DNA of 62,632 bases, the filler included. It is 5 parts of 5 records of this genome, joined end to end, with 100 filler letters (N's around TTAATTAATTAA, not from the genome) between each part and the next. Parts side by side here need not be neighbours in the genome. Positions count along the whole stretch, not along the records: positions 49,236 to 62,632 come from DRR378314_90; 4 more parts are not named here. The stretch is one strand, 5' to 3'. Both the position numbers and the translations under genes were made by a program. Positions 51,494 to 60,413 of the stretch are shown here, one piece after another. Below the pieces are notes generated by a model. The model ran no database searches, was not told where the DNA came from, and worked only from the letters and a program-made list of their open reading frames with translations. Each line of letters starts with the position of its first letter. Position 1 is the stretch's first letter.

Positions 51494-51697
51494 ACTACGG
51501 AAAATTTTACTTAGATTTGAAGTTTAACAGTTTTAGAAGAGCTTGAGTTTATAATAGTTGAGTTAACGGTTGTAAACTACGAAATCTCGTAAGAGAATGC
51601 CGATAAATAATGACAGCTAACTCCTCCTATTTACAACCGGCTTATCATTGAAGCGCTAATACTATTTGTGTAAAATGCAGCGCCTTTATTACTTGTA

Positions 51698-52678
51698 ATG
51701 CAACCTGAGGATTTTACTTTGAATAGACGCTTTTCTGTTGCCCCCATGCTTGATTGGACAGATCGTCACTGTCGTACTTTTCATCGTAAAATGACTAAAC
51801 AGAGTGTTCTTTATACCGAAATGGTTACTACGGGCGCAATTTTGTTTGGTCGTGGTGATTACCTTCATTTTAATCAGCATGAAAATCCGGTTGCTTTACA
51901 ATTGGGAGGCTCTGACCCCCAAGCGCTTGCTAAATGCGCTAAGTTGGCAGCTGAACGTGGTTATGATGAAGTTAATCTGAATGTTGGCTGTCCGTCTGAC
52001 CGCGTCCAAAACGGGCGGTTTGGTGCGTGTTTAATGGGCGAACCGCAACTGGTCGCCGAGTGTGTTGCTGCCATGAAGGCCGAGGTGAATATACCAGTAA
52101 CGGTTAAAACGCGCATAGGTATAGATGAACAAGATTCATATGAGTTTTTATGTGAGTTGATTGAAGCAAGCCATAAGGTTGGCTGCGATGATTTTATTAT
52201 TCACGCTCGTAAAGCATGGTTAAAAGGCTTAAGCCCTAAAGAAAACCGAGAGGTTCCTCCTCTTGATTACCCACGTGTTTACCAACTTAAAAAAGATTAT
52301 CCTCAGTTACATCTAAGTTTAAATGGTGGCGTAAAAACAATTGCTGATAGTCAAACACACCTTGAGTATGTTGACGGTATAATGATCGGCCGTGAAGCGT
52401 ATAGTAACCCGTTTATTCTTAGCGAAGTTGATGAAGCCATTTATAATGAGCAACCCTTCACTTTATCTCGCCATGACGTAGTACGCTCAATGTATGACTA
52501 TATTGAGTTAGAGATGCAGCAAGGTGCAAATTTTTGGCATATTGCACGCCATATGCTGGGCATTTTTCAAGGTCAGCCAGGCGCGAGGGGGTTCCGTCGT
52601 CATTTATCTGAAAATGGACATGGAAAGCAGGCAGATTTATCAGTAATGGATAAAGCACTCAGCTTTGTTCCTGAGTAG
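51698..52678 (+). CDS. dusA: tRNA-dihydrouridine(20/20a) synthase
   Basis: [45 protein letters not shown]. Confidence 0.96.
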   Translation: MQPEDFTLNRRFSVAPMLDWTDRHCRTFHRKMTKQSVLYTEMVTTGAILFGRGDYLHFNQHENPVALQLGGSDPQALAKCAKLAAERGYDEVNLNVGCPSDRVQNGRFGACLMGEPQLVAECVAAMKAEVNIPVTVKTRIGIDEQDSYEFLCELIEASHKVGCDDFIIHARKAWLKGLSPKENREVPPLDYPRVYQLKKDYPQLHLSLNGGVKTIADSQTHLEYVDGIMIGREAYSNPFILSEVDEAIYNEQPFTLSRHDVVRSMYDYIELEMQQGANFWHIARHMLGIFQGQPGARGFRRHLSENGHGKQADLSVMDKALSFVPE

Positions 52679-52697
52679 TTTTTTATTGAATACGAAT

Positions 52698-52723
52698 AAA
52701 GCCGCTTTTTAGCGGTTTTTTTT
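52698..52723 (+). terminator. Intrinsic terminator after dusA
   Basis: AAAGCCGCT-TTTT-AGCGGTTT followed by T-run. Confidence 0.75.
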
Positions 52724-52733
52724 ATCCTAAAAG

Positions 52734-52873
52734 TTAGTCAAAATATTCATTTTTTAGTTAATTTAACTTTTTCATTCATTCTCTAGTCATCATTCTTGTT
52801 TTCAATATCAAGATTAACTAATTGAAATTAATCATATAAATTCATTTTTATTTAACTTGGCACAAGTCTTGGA
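52734..52873 (+). promoter_or_regulatory. sigma54 promoter with candidate PspF UAS and IHF site
   Basis: TGGCAC-AAGTC-TTGG at 52858-52872 (-24 GG, N10, non-consensus -12); IHF-like TAACTAATTGAAA 52815-52827; two TTAGT-starting UAS-like sites 20 bp apart (52734, 52754). Confidence 0.6.
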
Positions 52874-52914
52874 ATCTCTTAGTGGTAATCACCCATATTC
52901 AACAGGAGAAAATC

Positions 52915-53583
52915 ATGGGCTTAGTAAACCGCGTAACAGATCTTATTCAATCAAATTTAGTATCGGTATTAGATAAAGCCGAAGATCCAGAAAAACTACT
53001 TGCTCTACTTGTGCAGCAAATGCAAGAAACGCTGGATGAATGTCGTTCAACAGCCGCCGCTCTTTTATGCGAGGAAAAGACATTAAAGCGGGAGCAAAAA
53101 AATAAACAAGCTCGCATTGCTGATTGGCAAACTAAGGCTGAAATCGCCGTCGAGAAAGGCCGTGATGATTTAGCATCTGCCGCATTAAAAGAGAAACAAA
53201 ATGTGTCTATTGAGTTGGCGGCGATAGAGCCTGAACTTACTAAGCTAGCTGATTCTCTGGCGACGTTACAAGAAGATGCCCAACGATTGCAAAATAAGTT
53301 AACTGAAGCAAAAGCAAAGCTTGCTAGCTTTCAAAAGAAACACACTGTAGTTGCTGCAAGGGAGCGAGTGAATCACCAGCTTAATAGTAACAAAATTGCA
53401 GATGCACTATCTCGTTTTGACGTGATTGAGCGTCGTGTTGAGTCAATTGAATCTCAAGTTGAAGCATACGATATTACCAAATCAGCTAATAACACAGCAG
53501 AGCAAATCGACGCACTAGTTAAAGATGAGGCGCTCGATAAAGAGCTTGCAGCGCTTAAAGCTAGCCTAAAACAAAGTGCATAG
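52915..53583 (+). CDS. pspA: PspA/IM30 family protein
   Basis: Start ATG 52915 (SD AGGAG); LDKAEDPEK, GRDDLASAAL, RFDVIERRVE; probably a paralog. Confidence 0.88.
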   Translation: MGLVNRVTDLIQSNLVSVLDKAEDPEKLLALLVQQMQETLDECRSTAAALLCEEKTLKREQKNKQARIADWQTKAEIAVEKGRDDLASAALKEKQNVSIELAAIEPELTKLADSLATLQEDAQRLQNKLTEAKAKLASFQKKHTVVAARERVNHQLNSNKIADALSRFDVIERRVESIESQVEAYDITKSANNTAEQIDALVKDEALDKELAALKASLKQSA

Positions 53584-53595
53584 GAGTAAATAAAG

Positions 53596-53799
53596 ATGAA
53601 TACATACAATAACCAAACACGTTGGAAGAAAGATCCATTAAATAAAAAGATTTCAGGTGTCTGTAGTGGCTTTGCTCGTCGTTTTGATTTTCCTATATGG
53701 GCAACGCGCTTAGTGACTATCTTACTTTTAATACAGTTTCCATTGTTTATAGGTGGCGGTTACCTTGCCGCGCATTTTTGTTTAGATAATGAAGTGTAG
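53596..53799 (+). CDS. pspC: Minimal PspC-domain protein
   Basis: KKISGVCSGFA + TM + GYLAA. Confidence 0.8.
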   Translation: MNTYNNQTRWKKDPLNKKISGVCSGFARRFDFPIWATRLVTILLLIQFPLFIGGGYLAAHFCLDNEV

Positions 53800-53811
53800 C
53801 GGGAGAGTGCC

Positions 53812-54138
53812 ATGAAATTTATTGCAGTGTGCTTATTATTAATCGTAATTATAACGTGGAGCCCATTTGAAATAGTGCAGTTTGATTCATGGCAGCTTCC
53901 TTTAATTATTGCAGATTTGAGCTGGGTTGGTATTGAATTATTTGGTGTACTTGTAGCCATTATTGTAGCTATCGCTGCGATTGCTTTACTTAGTGCGGGT
54001 TTGCTTGGTGCTGGGATCATAGTTTGCATTGGTGTGATCTTGGCTTTGTTATTTGGATCAGTAGTTATTGCATGGCCGTTAATATTAATTGTGTGTTTAT
54101 GTTGGCTTATAGCTGATAATAAAAAAGCCGCGCAGTAG
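53812..54138 (+). CDS. Small hydrophobic membrane protein, PspG-like
   Basis: Highly hydrophobic, ends WPLILIVCLCWLIADNKK, similar to the PspG C-terminal pattern; sits at the dusA-pspG locus. Confidence 0.55.
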   Translation: MKFIAVCLLLIVIITWSPFEIVQFDSWQLPLIIADLSWVGIELFGVLVAIIVAIAAIALLSAGLLGAGIIVCIGVILALLFGSVVIAWPLILIVCLCWLIADNKKAAQ

Positions 54139-54236
54139 AGTGGCGTAATATGGTGTTGAATCACTAATATTACTGACTATTTTTTCGCAAATATGCTAAA
54201 TTTAGTCTAAAGAATGATTTATTAACAAGGAACGAA

Positions 54237-54755
54237 ATGACTTTTAAACCATTATTCCCAGTAGTGTTATCGGCTATTATTGGCATGAGTTTATATTCAG
54301 TGTGTGCCCACGCTCATTCAGAGCATCATCATGACACAGACAGCCAGATTATTGTTAACCATGCACAAATAAGGGCTTTCTTACCAGCTAGTGAATCGAC
54401 AGTGGGTTATTTAAGTATTGCGAACCACGGTGAAAAGTCGATTCAACTTACTAAAGCAAGTATAGAAAGTTTAGGACGTGTTGAAGTTCATGAACATACT
54501 CATGTTGATGGCGTAATGAAAATGCAGCAAGTCGATTCATTAGTGATAAAAGCACATCAACAAATTGACTTTAAGCCAGGTGGATACCATTTAATGGCTT
54601 TTGAGCCAATTGAACCGTTAAAAGTCGGGCAAGAATTAAAACTCACGCTATATTTTAATGACGGAAACCGAGTGTTTACTCAAGCTAAAGTGGTATCTTT
54701 AGAAAGCCAAGTTGAACAAACGTCGCAATCTGATAACAATCACAAGCATCATTAG
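54237..54755 (+). CDS. Copper chaperone PCu(A)C
   Basis: Exact H-X10-M-X21-H-X-M motif (HEHTHVDGVMKM...PGGYHLM); signal peptide; His-rich termini. Confidence 0.9.
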   Translation: MTFKPLFPVVLSAIIGMSLYSVCAHAHSEHHHDTDSQIIVNHAQIRAFLPASESTVGYLSIANHGEKSIQLTKASIESLGRVEVHEHTHVDGVMKMQQVDSLVIKAHQQIDFKPGGYHLMAFEPIEPLKVGQELKLTLYFNDGNRVFTQAKVVSLESQVEQTSQSDNNHKHH

Positions 54756-54763
54756 GAGGCTTA

Positions 54764-55750
54764 ATGTCACAACATAAAGGGAAAATTATTGGTGCCTTGG
54801 TACTAATATTTATCTTGTTTTATGCATTAGCGGTGTATTGGAGTGTTGAACCTGAACGCGTCAATGTCGTTACCTATGCAAAGCAGCAAGCACAAGAGCG
54901 AGGTGAGAAACTCGTTACTGGTTATGCGACAACGTCATCGTTAATTAATGTGACAAGTACATTATTGAATAAGTCAGGTGGTTACTTATCAAATGATATG
55001 ATGCCGCCAAGTGTGCTTATGGATAATATGCCAGCTTGGGAGTTCGGGGCTTTAGAGATGTCCCGTGATCTTGCACTATCGATGCGTAAAGATTTTAGTC
55101 GCTCACAATCTCAATCTACCGAACATGAATCTTTAAAAAAAGCACAACCGCAATTTAACATCAGTTCTGAAGCATGGGCTTGGCCAAGTGCTGAAAGTGA
55201 GTATCAAAAAGGAATCGACTTTTTAATCCTTTACCGTACGCAAATTGCAGACCAAGGTAATCGTCAGAGTCAGTTTTACGCTCGTGCAGATAATCTTCGT
55301 GGCTGGTTAAAAGAAGCTGAAAAACGCCTTGGTAGCTTAAGTCAACGATTGAGCGCTAGTGTGGGTCAAGAGCGTCTAAACACTGATTTAGCGGGCGATA
55401 AAGAAGCACATCAAGCAACATATACCCCATTACAAAATCAAGTAAAAACCTCTTGGTGGGAAATTGATGACGTTTTCTATGAGTCGCGAGGTGCAACTTG
55501 GGCTTTATTGCACTTTTTGCAAGCTGTAGAATATGATTTTGCTGATGTGTTGGAAAAGAAAAATGCACGCGTTAGCTTACAACAAATTATTCGTGAGTTA
55601 GAAGCAACTCAAGAAACTGTTTGGAGTCCGGTGATTTTAAATGGTAATGGTTTTGGCTTAGTGGCAAATCACTCATTGGTAATGGCAAATTATATATCTC
55701 GGGCCAACGCGGCTCTAATTGAACTTAGCGAACTTTTAGCGCAAGGATAA
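54764..55750 (+). CDS. DUF2333 family protein
   Basis: N-terminal TM; GGYLSND, DNMPAWEFG, FSRSQSQS, FYARADNL, IDDVFYESRG, NHSLVMANYISRANAA. Confidence 0.85.
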   Translation: MSQHKGKIIGALVLIFILFYALAVYWSVEPERVNVVTYAKQQAQERGEKLVTGYATTSSLINVTSTLLNKSGGYLSNDMMPPSVLMDNMPAWEFGALEMSRDLALSMRKDFSRSQSQSTEHESLKKAQPQFNISSEAWAWPSAESEYQKGIDFLILYRTQIADQGNRQSQFYARADNLRGWLKEAEKRLGSLSQRLSASVGQERLNTDLAGDKEAHQATYTPLQNQVKTSWWEIDDVFYESRGATWALLHFLQAVEYDFADVLEKKNARVSLQQIIRELEATQETVWSPVILNGNGFGLVANHSLVMANYISRANAALIELSELLAQG

Positions 55751-55753
55751 AAA

Positions 55754-56515
55754 ATGAAAAAGTATTGTTTAGCAGCTGCCCTTTCTATGGCATGTTTAGC
55801 ACCAGCAGCTCAGGCTGACACTTTATTAGGTCTGTATATTGGTGCAGATGGGTGGCAATCAGATAACTCTGGTAGCTTTGCTGATAGTGGTAACATGCAA
55901 GATTTTAATTTTGAAGATGAAACATTCATCAGTTATTACGCAGCATTAGAACACCCAGTGCCGTTGGTACCAAATGTTAAACTAAAGTACACAGAGTTAG
56001 AACTAAATGGTTCAACCACGTTAAATGGTACTTTTGAGTTTGGCGGCTCAACTTTTACTACAAACACGACAGCAACAACGGTAAGTGATTTGTCACACGT
56101 TGATTATATTCTGTACTACGAAATTTTTGATAACGACCTTATATCAATTGATTTAGGTCTGAATGCAAAGCAGTTTGATGGTGACATTACTGTAACTGGC
56201 ACTGATAATGGTGAAACAAAAAGTGAGAACATTGATTTTTCAGGCTTTGTTCCACTTGCTTACGGACGTGCTGAAGTAGGCTTACCGCTTACAGGTTTAA
56301 GTGTCTTCTTTGAGGGCAGTCTATTAGCTATTGATGATAGCAAAGTACAAGACTATCAAGCTGGTATTGCTTGGGAGTTAATTGATAACTTAGCAGTAGA
56401 TGTAGCGATTAAAGCAGGTTACCGCCAAATGACTTTAGAGCTTGATGATATTGATGATCTATACACAGACATTGATGCCTCAGGCCCATTTGCTGGCATT
56501 CAAGTCCACTTCTAA
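55754..56515 (+). CDS. Outer-membrane beta-barrel, TIGR04219-like
   Basis: Signal peptide; EHPVPLVPN, DYILYYEIFDND; C-terminal GPFAGIQVHF beta-signal. Confidence 0.8.
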   Translation: MKKYCLAAALSMACLAPAAQADTLLGLYIGADGWQSDNSGSFADSGNMQDFNFEDETFISYYAALEHPVPLVPNVKLKYTELELNGSTTLNGTFEFGGSTFTTNTTATTVSDLSHVDYILYYEIFDNDLISIDLGLNAKQFDGDITVTGTDNGETKSENIDFSGFVPLAYGRAEVGLPLTGLSVFFEGSLLAIDDSKVQDYQAGIAWELIDNLAVDVAIKAGYRQMTLELDDIDDLYTDIDASGPFAGIQVHF

Positions 56516-56533
56516 GCATTATTTTGCGTGGCA

Positions 56534-57421
56534 CTACTTTTTAAGTGTGTGCCACGTTACATCAAACTCCTCATTTAACGCACTGCTTAATAATTGTTTA
56601 TAGCCTTTATTTACAGGCATATTTATTAGCTTTCTTAACTCATCGCCAGTTTGGGTAAATTTATAGTAGCTTAAAACTAGATCGTTGCTTTTTGGTTTCA
56701 GCATTGCTTTTTGGTTTAAAAAAGTTAAGTTCAGTTCTTGGCCTGCTTTAAGTACCCCAGACTCTATTTCTTTGCGGTATATAAGGCCAATATCCATTAA
56801 GGTCAATATATCCGGAAAGCTGATCCCCGCTCTACCTAAATTAAGCGACACTTTATTCCCTTTGCGTAAAAGATCAAATATAGATGGTTTTTTATAAAAG
56901 CCGAGTAAAATTAAATGACTGTCGTCCTTTTCGTTGTAACCACAAAGCGCGGTACACTTTTGCAATGCATCAGCTTCTCTTTGTGTCATTTGCTTAAGAG
57001 TTTGCAAGCTTTTGATTGAAAAAGTCCCTGGTGCAACCGTTTCTCCGGCGAGTATTTTAGCCCATAATTTTTGCATTGACTCATTTGAGGTGTCTTCACA
57101 TAGTGCAATAAAGCGCTCTACCCAGTCACTATCAGGTTGACCATTACTTGTTACATCTGGGCAAAAGTTAACGGCCATTGCCATAATTGCTTCAATATTT
57201 TGTTGCTGGTTTATCAGTAAGCGCTGCTGCCTATTTTGAGCGCGAGTAAATACAGAGTCTTCGCTGTTAATCCTAAAGGGAACAGGTGAGCGGCCTTGCG
57301 CATCATAGCTCTCATTTTGCACTGAGGCGCGAGGAGCGCTACTCTTAACGATGGCATAGCCTAGCTTAGATTCAATGATATTAGCTAAGTTAATTTTTGC
57401 TTGTGAAGCTTTGACAGTCAT
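56534..57421 (-). CDS. TIGR03899/DUF2806-like protein
   Basis: QQNIEAI, PDSDWVERF, MQKLWAKILAGE, PGTFSIKSL. Confidence 0.75.
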   Translation of the reverse strand: MTVKASQAKINLANIIESKLGYAIVKSSAPRASVQNESYDAQGRSPVPFRINSEDSVFTRAQNRQQRLLINQQQNIEAIMAMAVNFCPDVTSNGQPDSDWVERFIALCEDTSNESMQKLWAKILAGETVAPGTFSIKSLQTLKQMTQREADALQKCTALCGYNEKDDSHLILLGFYKKPSIFDLLRKGNKVSLNLGRAGISFPDILTLMDIGLIYRKEIESGVLKAGQELNLTFLNQKAMLKPKSNDLVLSYYKFTQTGDELRKLINMPVNKGYKQLLSSALNEEFDVTWHTLKK

Positions 57422-57422
57422 A

Positions 57423-57962
57423 TTAATTCTTATCGTCCTTGATTTTCAGTTGCACTGTTGTGCTTAAGTTATTAAGTCCAAGTGCGACAGTATTGTTTAA
57501 AATATATTGGCTAAAAAGTGCAAGATATCCCCCTAGAATTGGCGTAGTGACTTCACCAATCAACTTACACGAGACAATTGTATGTGCTTGCGCTTGCGTA
57601 AAAGTGAAAGACCCACTAACAATATGCTCATTATTAAAAAGAATATTAAAATTAATGGAGGAGTCAGTAATGCTGGTGATTGTCATTTCACCCGTGCCCC
57701 ATTTACTTTGCCAAAATTGATGTGCGCCGACGCCTGAGCTTGGCTTTGCAATCTCAAATTGAATACTGGGATCAAGCTTCTCCCAAGGAGACCAAGTCCG
57801 CCAGTTTGAAAGGTCAGTAATATATGGCATTATCAATTCTTTATTCGCTTTGATATCTAGCTTTTGAGTAACCTTATACTGCTGAGGCAGTAATAACCCA
57901 ATGACTAATAGGGTTAAACAGAGAATAAATATCAGTTGAATTAACGTTTGTATGATCTTAAT
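57423..57962 (-). CDS. SRPBCC/polyketide-cyclase superfamily protein with N-terminal TM, probable ATT start
   Basis: Frame open 42 codons upstream of the ORF-track TTG: IKIIQTLIQLIFILCLTLLVIGLLLPQQYKV...DLSNWRTWSPW; SD TAAGGA 6 nt before ATT at 57962. Confidence 0.72.
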   Translation of the reverse strand: MKIIQTLIQLIFILCLTLLVIGLLLPQQYKVTQKLDIKANKELIMPYITDLSNWRTWSPWEKLDPSIQFEIAKPSSGVGAHQFWQSKWGTGEMTITSITDSSINFNILFNNEHIVSGSFTFTQAQAHTIVSCKLIGEVTTPILGGYLALFSQYILNNTVALGLNNLSTTVQLKIKDDKN

Positions 57963-58113
57963 GCTTAATCCTTAAAATATAATTTGATTTCAAGTACAAC
58001 AAGGTGTTATTCATTGACTATAATACGTAATGTGTCATTCATCTATATTAAATAAGACATCATTTAAATTTAAAATAGCTGTTGCACACTGTATTTAAAC
58101 TGAAGGATTTATA

Positions 58114-60309
58114 ATGTCGTCTAAGCACAGTGACTTTTTGTTTTTTGATCATGAGGAAGAAGCCTCTTCGCAAAGCGCCTCTACGGGGTTTTGGGATGTA
58201 TTAATAGTTGATGATGATCCTGAAATTCATTCAGTGACTAAGCTTGCTCTTTCAGGCGTTGAGTTTTGGGGACGGATACTGCGTTTTCATCATGCATATT
58301 CAGCAGCTGAAGCTATCGAGGTGTTGAGTAATACCCCCAATATTTCGGTTATATTATTAGATGTTGTAATGGAGTCTGATGATGCGGGTTTAAATGCCGT
58401 TAAGCACATTAGAGAAACGCTTCAAAACCATTCAGTGCGTATCATTTTACGAACCGGGCAACCCGGTTATGCCCCAGAAGAGCAAGTCATACGCGAATAC
58501 GATATTAATGATTACAAAACCAAAACAGAACTAACTCGCAGTAAACTGGTGACCTCTTTAGTGACTGCCATCCGCTCTTACGAACAAATTTGTAAATTAG
58601 AGTATCAAGGACAAGCGCTGAATAATATTCTTTCAGCGTCTAAAGCTATTTTAGGCTTTACTGACATAAAAGCATTTACTATGGCGGTTATTAAGCAGTT
58701 ATCAGTCATCCTTGATTGCGAGGCGCAAGGTATTGTGTGTGGTTCGCTAGATGATACGAACCGTATTCAAGTATTAGGAGGCTGCCAAGAGTACAGCGAT
58801 TTTTTTGGTCAAGGCGTTGAGCAATTAGATAATGGTAGAGTGATTCTGCAAGTACAAAAATGCTTTGAACAGTTAGAGCATCAATACACAGATCACGATG
58901 GGACATTTCTTTTAAAGAGTAAAAATCGTCAAGCAGCCATTTTTTTGGAATACGCATCAAAGCCTAATATTGAACAGCTCCAATTTGCTGAGATTTTTTT
59001 AACAAATGTGAGTGTTGGGCTTGATAACGTTCGGTTATTTAACCGCCTCAGAGATGCTGCATTTAAAGATACCTTAACTGGGCTTTCAAATAGAACGCAT
59101 TTTATTGAGCAAGTAGAAAAATATCACAGGATTAATAATAACGCGCATGTTTTTGTATTAATTGATGTGGCTCACTTTTCAGATATCAATAACGGATTAG
59201 GCCAAGAGGTTGGTAACCATTTACTTATAGCGATTGTCGAACGTCTTCAACAAGAGTACCCAACGGCTCAATTACTGTCTCGTATTGGTGCAGATGTTTT
59301 TGGTTTTTTGATTGCCCAAAATGAGTTTGATGAGACTGAGCTATTTGATAATTTAACCTTACCTTTTCTCGTTGCAGAGCACCTATTGCCGATTGAATTT
59401 AAAGCAGGGCTTTGTGAACAAAAAGATTTTCAAAAAACCGGCATACAAACGTTAAAACTCGCTTACATTGCATTAAACCAGGCCAAAAAAGATAAGCGTA
59501 ATTCAGCCGTTTATTATACACCAGACATGGAAGAGAAAATGGCGTGGCGATTGGGTATTATTCGTCAGTTACGCCAAGACTTTGAACGCTCAAAGTTAGC
59601 GGTTTGGTATCAGCCTCAACTTGACTTAGATAACCTTGAATTGATTGGTTGTGAGGCATTACTCCGTTGGCCTTCAGGGCAGGGCAACTTTATTTCTCCT
59701 GCTATATTTATTCCTCTCGCTGAAGATGCTGGGTTAATTATAGATATCGGGCAATGGGTATTGGAGCAAGCATGTGAGCAACATAAACGCTTAGAGGCGC
59801 TAGGTTTTAAGGTGCGAATTGCTGTGAATGTATCTGTTCCACAGTTTAAAGTAAAAAATTACGCCGAATTGGTTAAAAATACTTTATTGAAGTATCAAGT
59901 TAATCCAGCATACATCGAGTTAGAAGTGACAGAAAGTGTGGTGATGGATGAGCTTGATATTGTGATTGAAACACTACAAAACCTTAAAGCTTTTGGTATT
60001 GATGTGGCAATTGATGACTTTGGCACTGGCTTTTCATCGCTGAGTTACTTACAAAAGCTTCCGGTTAATCGCTTAAAGATAGATCGTGATTTTATTAAAG
60101 ATATTCCAGATGACGACAATGGAGCGATTGCCTCGCTTGTGATAGCTCTGGGTGCTCAGTTAGGCTTAAAAACGATTGCTGAGGGAGTTGAAACACAAGC
60201 CCAAGCTGATTTTTTGAAGCAGTTGGGCTGTAATGAAGTGCAAGGTTTTATGTATGCTAAGCCGATGCCTGAAAGTGAGCTTATTCAATATCTTGAGAGT
60301 AATAAATAG
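58114..60309 (+). CDS. Response regulator c-di-GMP phosphodiesterase (REC + DUF3369-like + degenerate GGDEF + EAL)
   Basis: IVDDD, LLDVVME, RTGQPG; DTLTGLSNR...RIGADVF; EALLRW, IDDFGTGFSSL, AEGVET. Confidence 0.88.
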   Translation: MSSKHSDFLFFDHEEEASSQSASTGFWDVLIVDDDPEIHSVTKLALSGVEFWGRILRFHHAYSAAEAIEVLSNTPNISVILLDVVMESDDAGLNAVKHIRETLQNHSVRIILRTGQPGYAPEEQVIREYDINDYKTKTELTRSKLVTSLVTAIRSYEQICKLEYQGQALNNILSASKAILGFTDIKAFTMAVIKQLSVILDCEAQGIVCGSLDDTNRIQVLGGCQEYSDFFGQGVEQLDNGRVILQVQKCFEQLEHQYTDHDGTFLLKSKNRQAAIFLEYASKPNIEQLQFAEIFLTNVSVGLDNVRLFNRLRDAAFKDTLTGLSNRTHFIEQVEKYHRINNNAHVFVLIDVAHFSDINNGLGQEVGNHLLIAIVERLQQEYPTAQLLSRIGADVFGFLIAQNEFDETELFDNLTLPFLVAEHLLPIEFKAGLCEQKDFQKTGIQTLKLAYIALNQAKKDKRNSAVYYTPDMEEKMAWRLGIIRQLRQDFERSKLAVWYQPQLDLDNLELIGCEALLRWPSGQGNFISPAIFIPLAEDAGLIIDIGQWVLEQACEQHKRLEALGFKVRIAVNVSVPQFKVKNYAELVKNTLLKYQVNPAYIELEVTESVVMDELDIVIETLQNLKAFGIDVAIDDFGTGFSSLSYLQKLPVNRLKIDRDFIKDIPDDDNGAIASLVIALGAQLGLKTIAEGVETQAQADFLKQLGCNEVQGFMYAKPMPESELIQYLESNK

Positions 60310-60413
60310 GTTTTACTGGGCAGCTCATTGAGCATTTACGAAATCGTTAATACCGCTTGAGCATTTATTCGGGTATACTTTGCGGCCATTTTTAAAGCAA
60401 TTGGTCATATTTT

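Noticed and set aside
51698-51780. dusA 5' end as an island integration site
   Set aside because: No integrase and no duplicated dusA fragment nearby; the site appears empty
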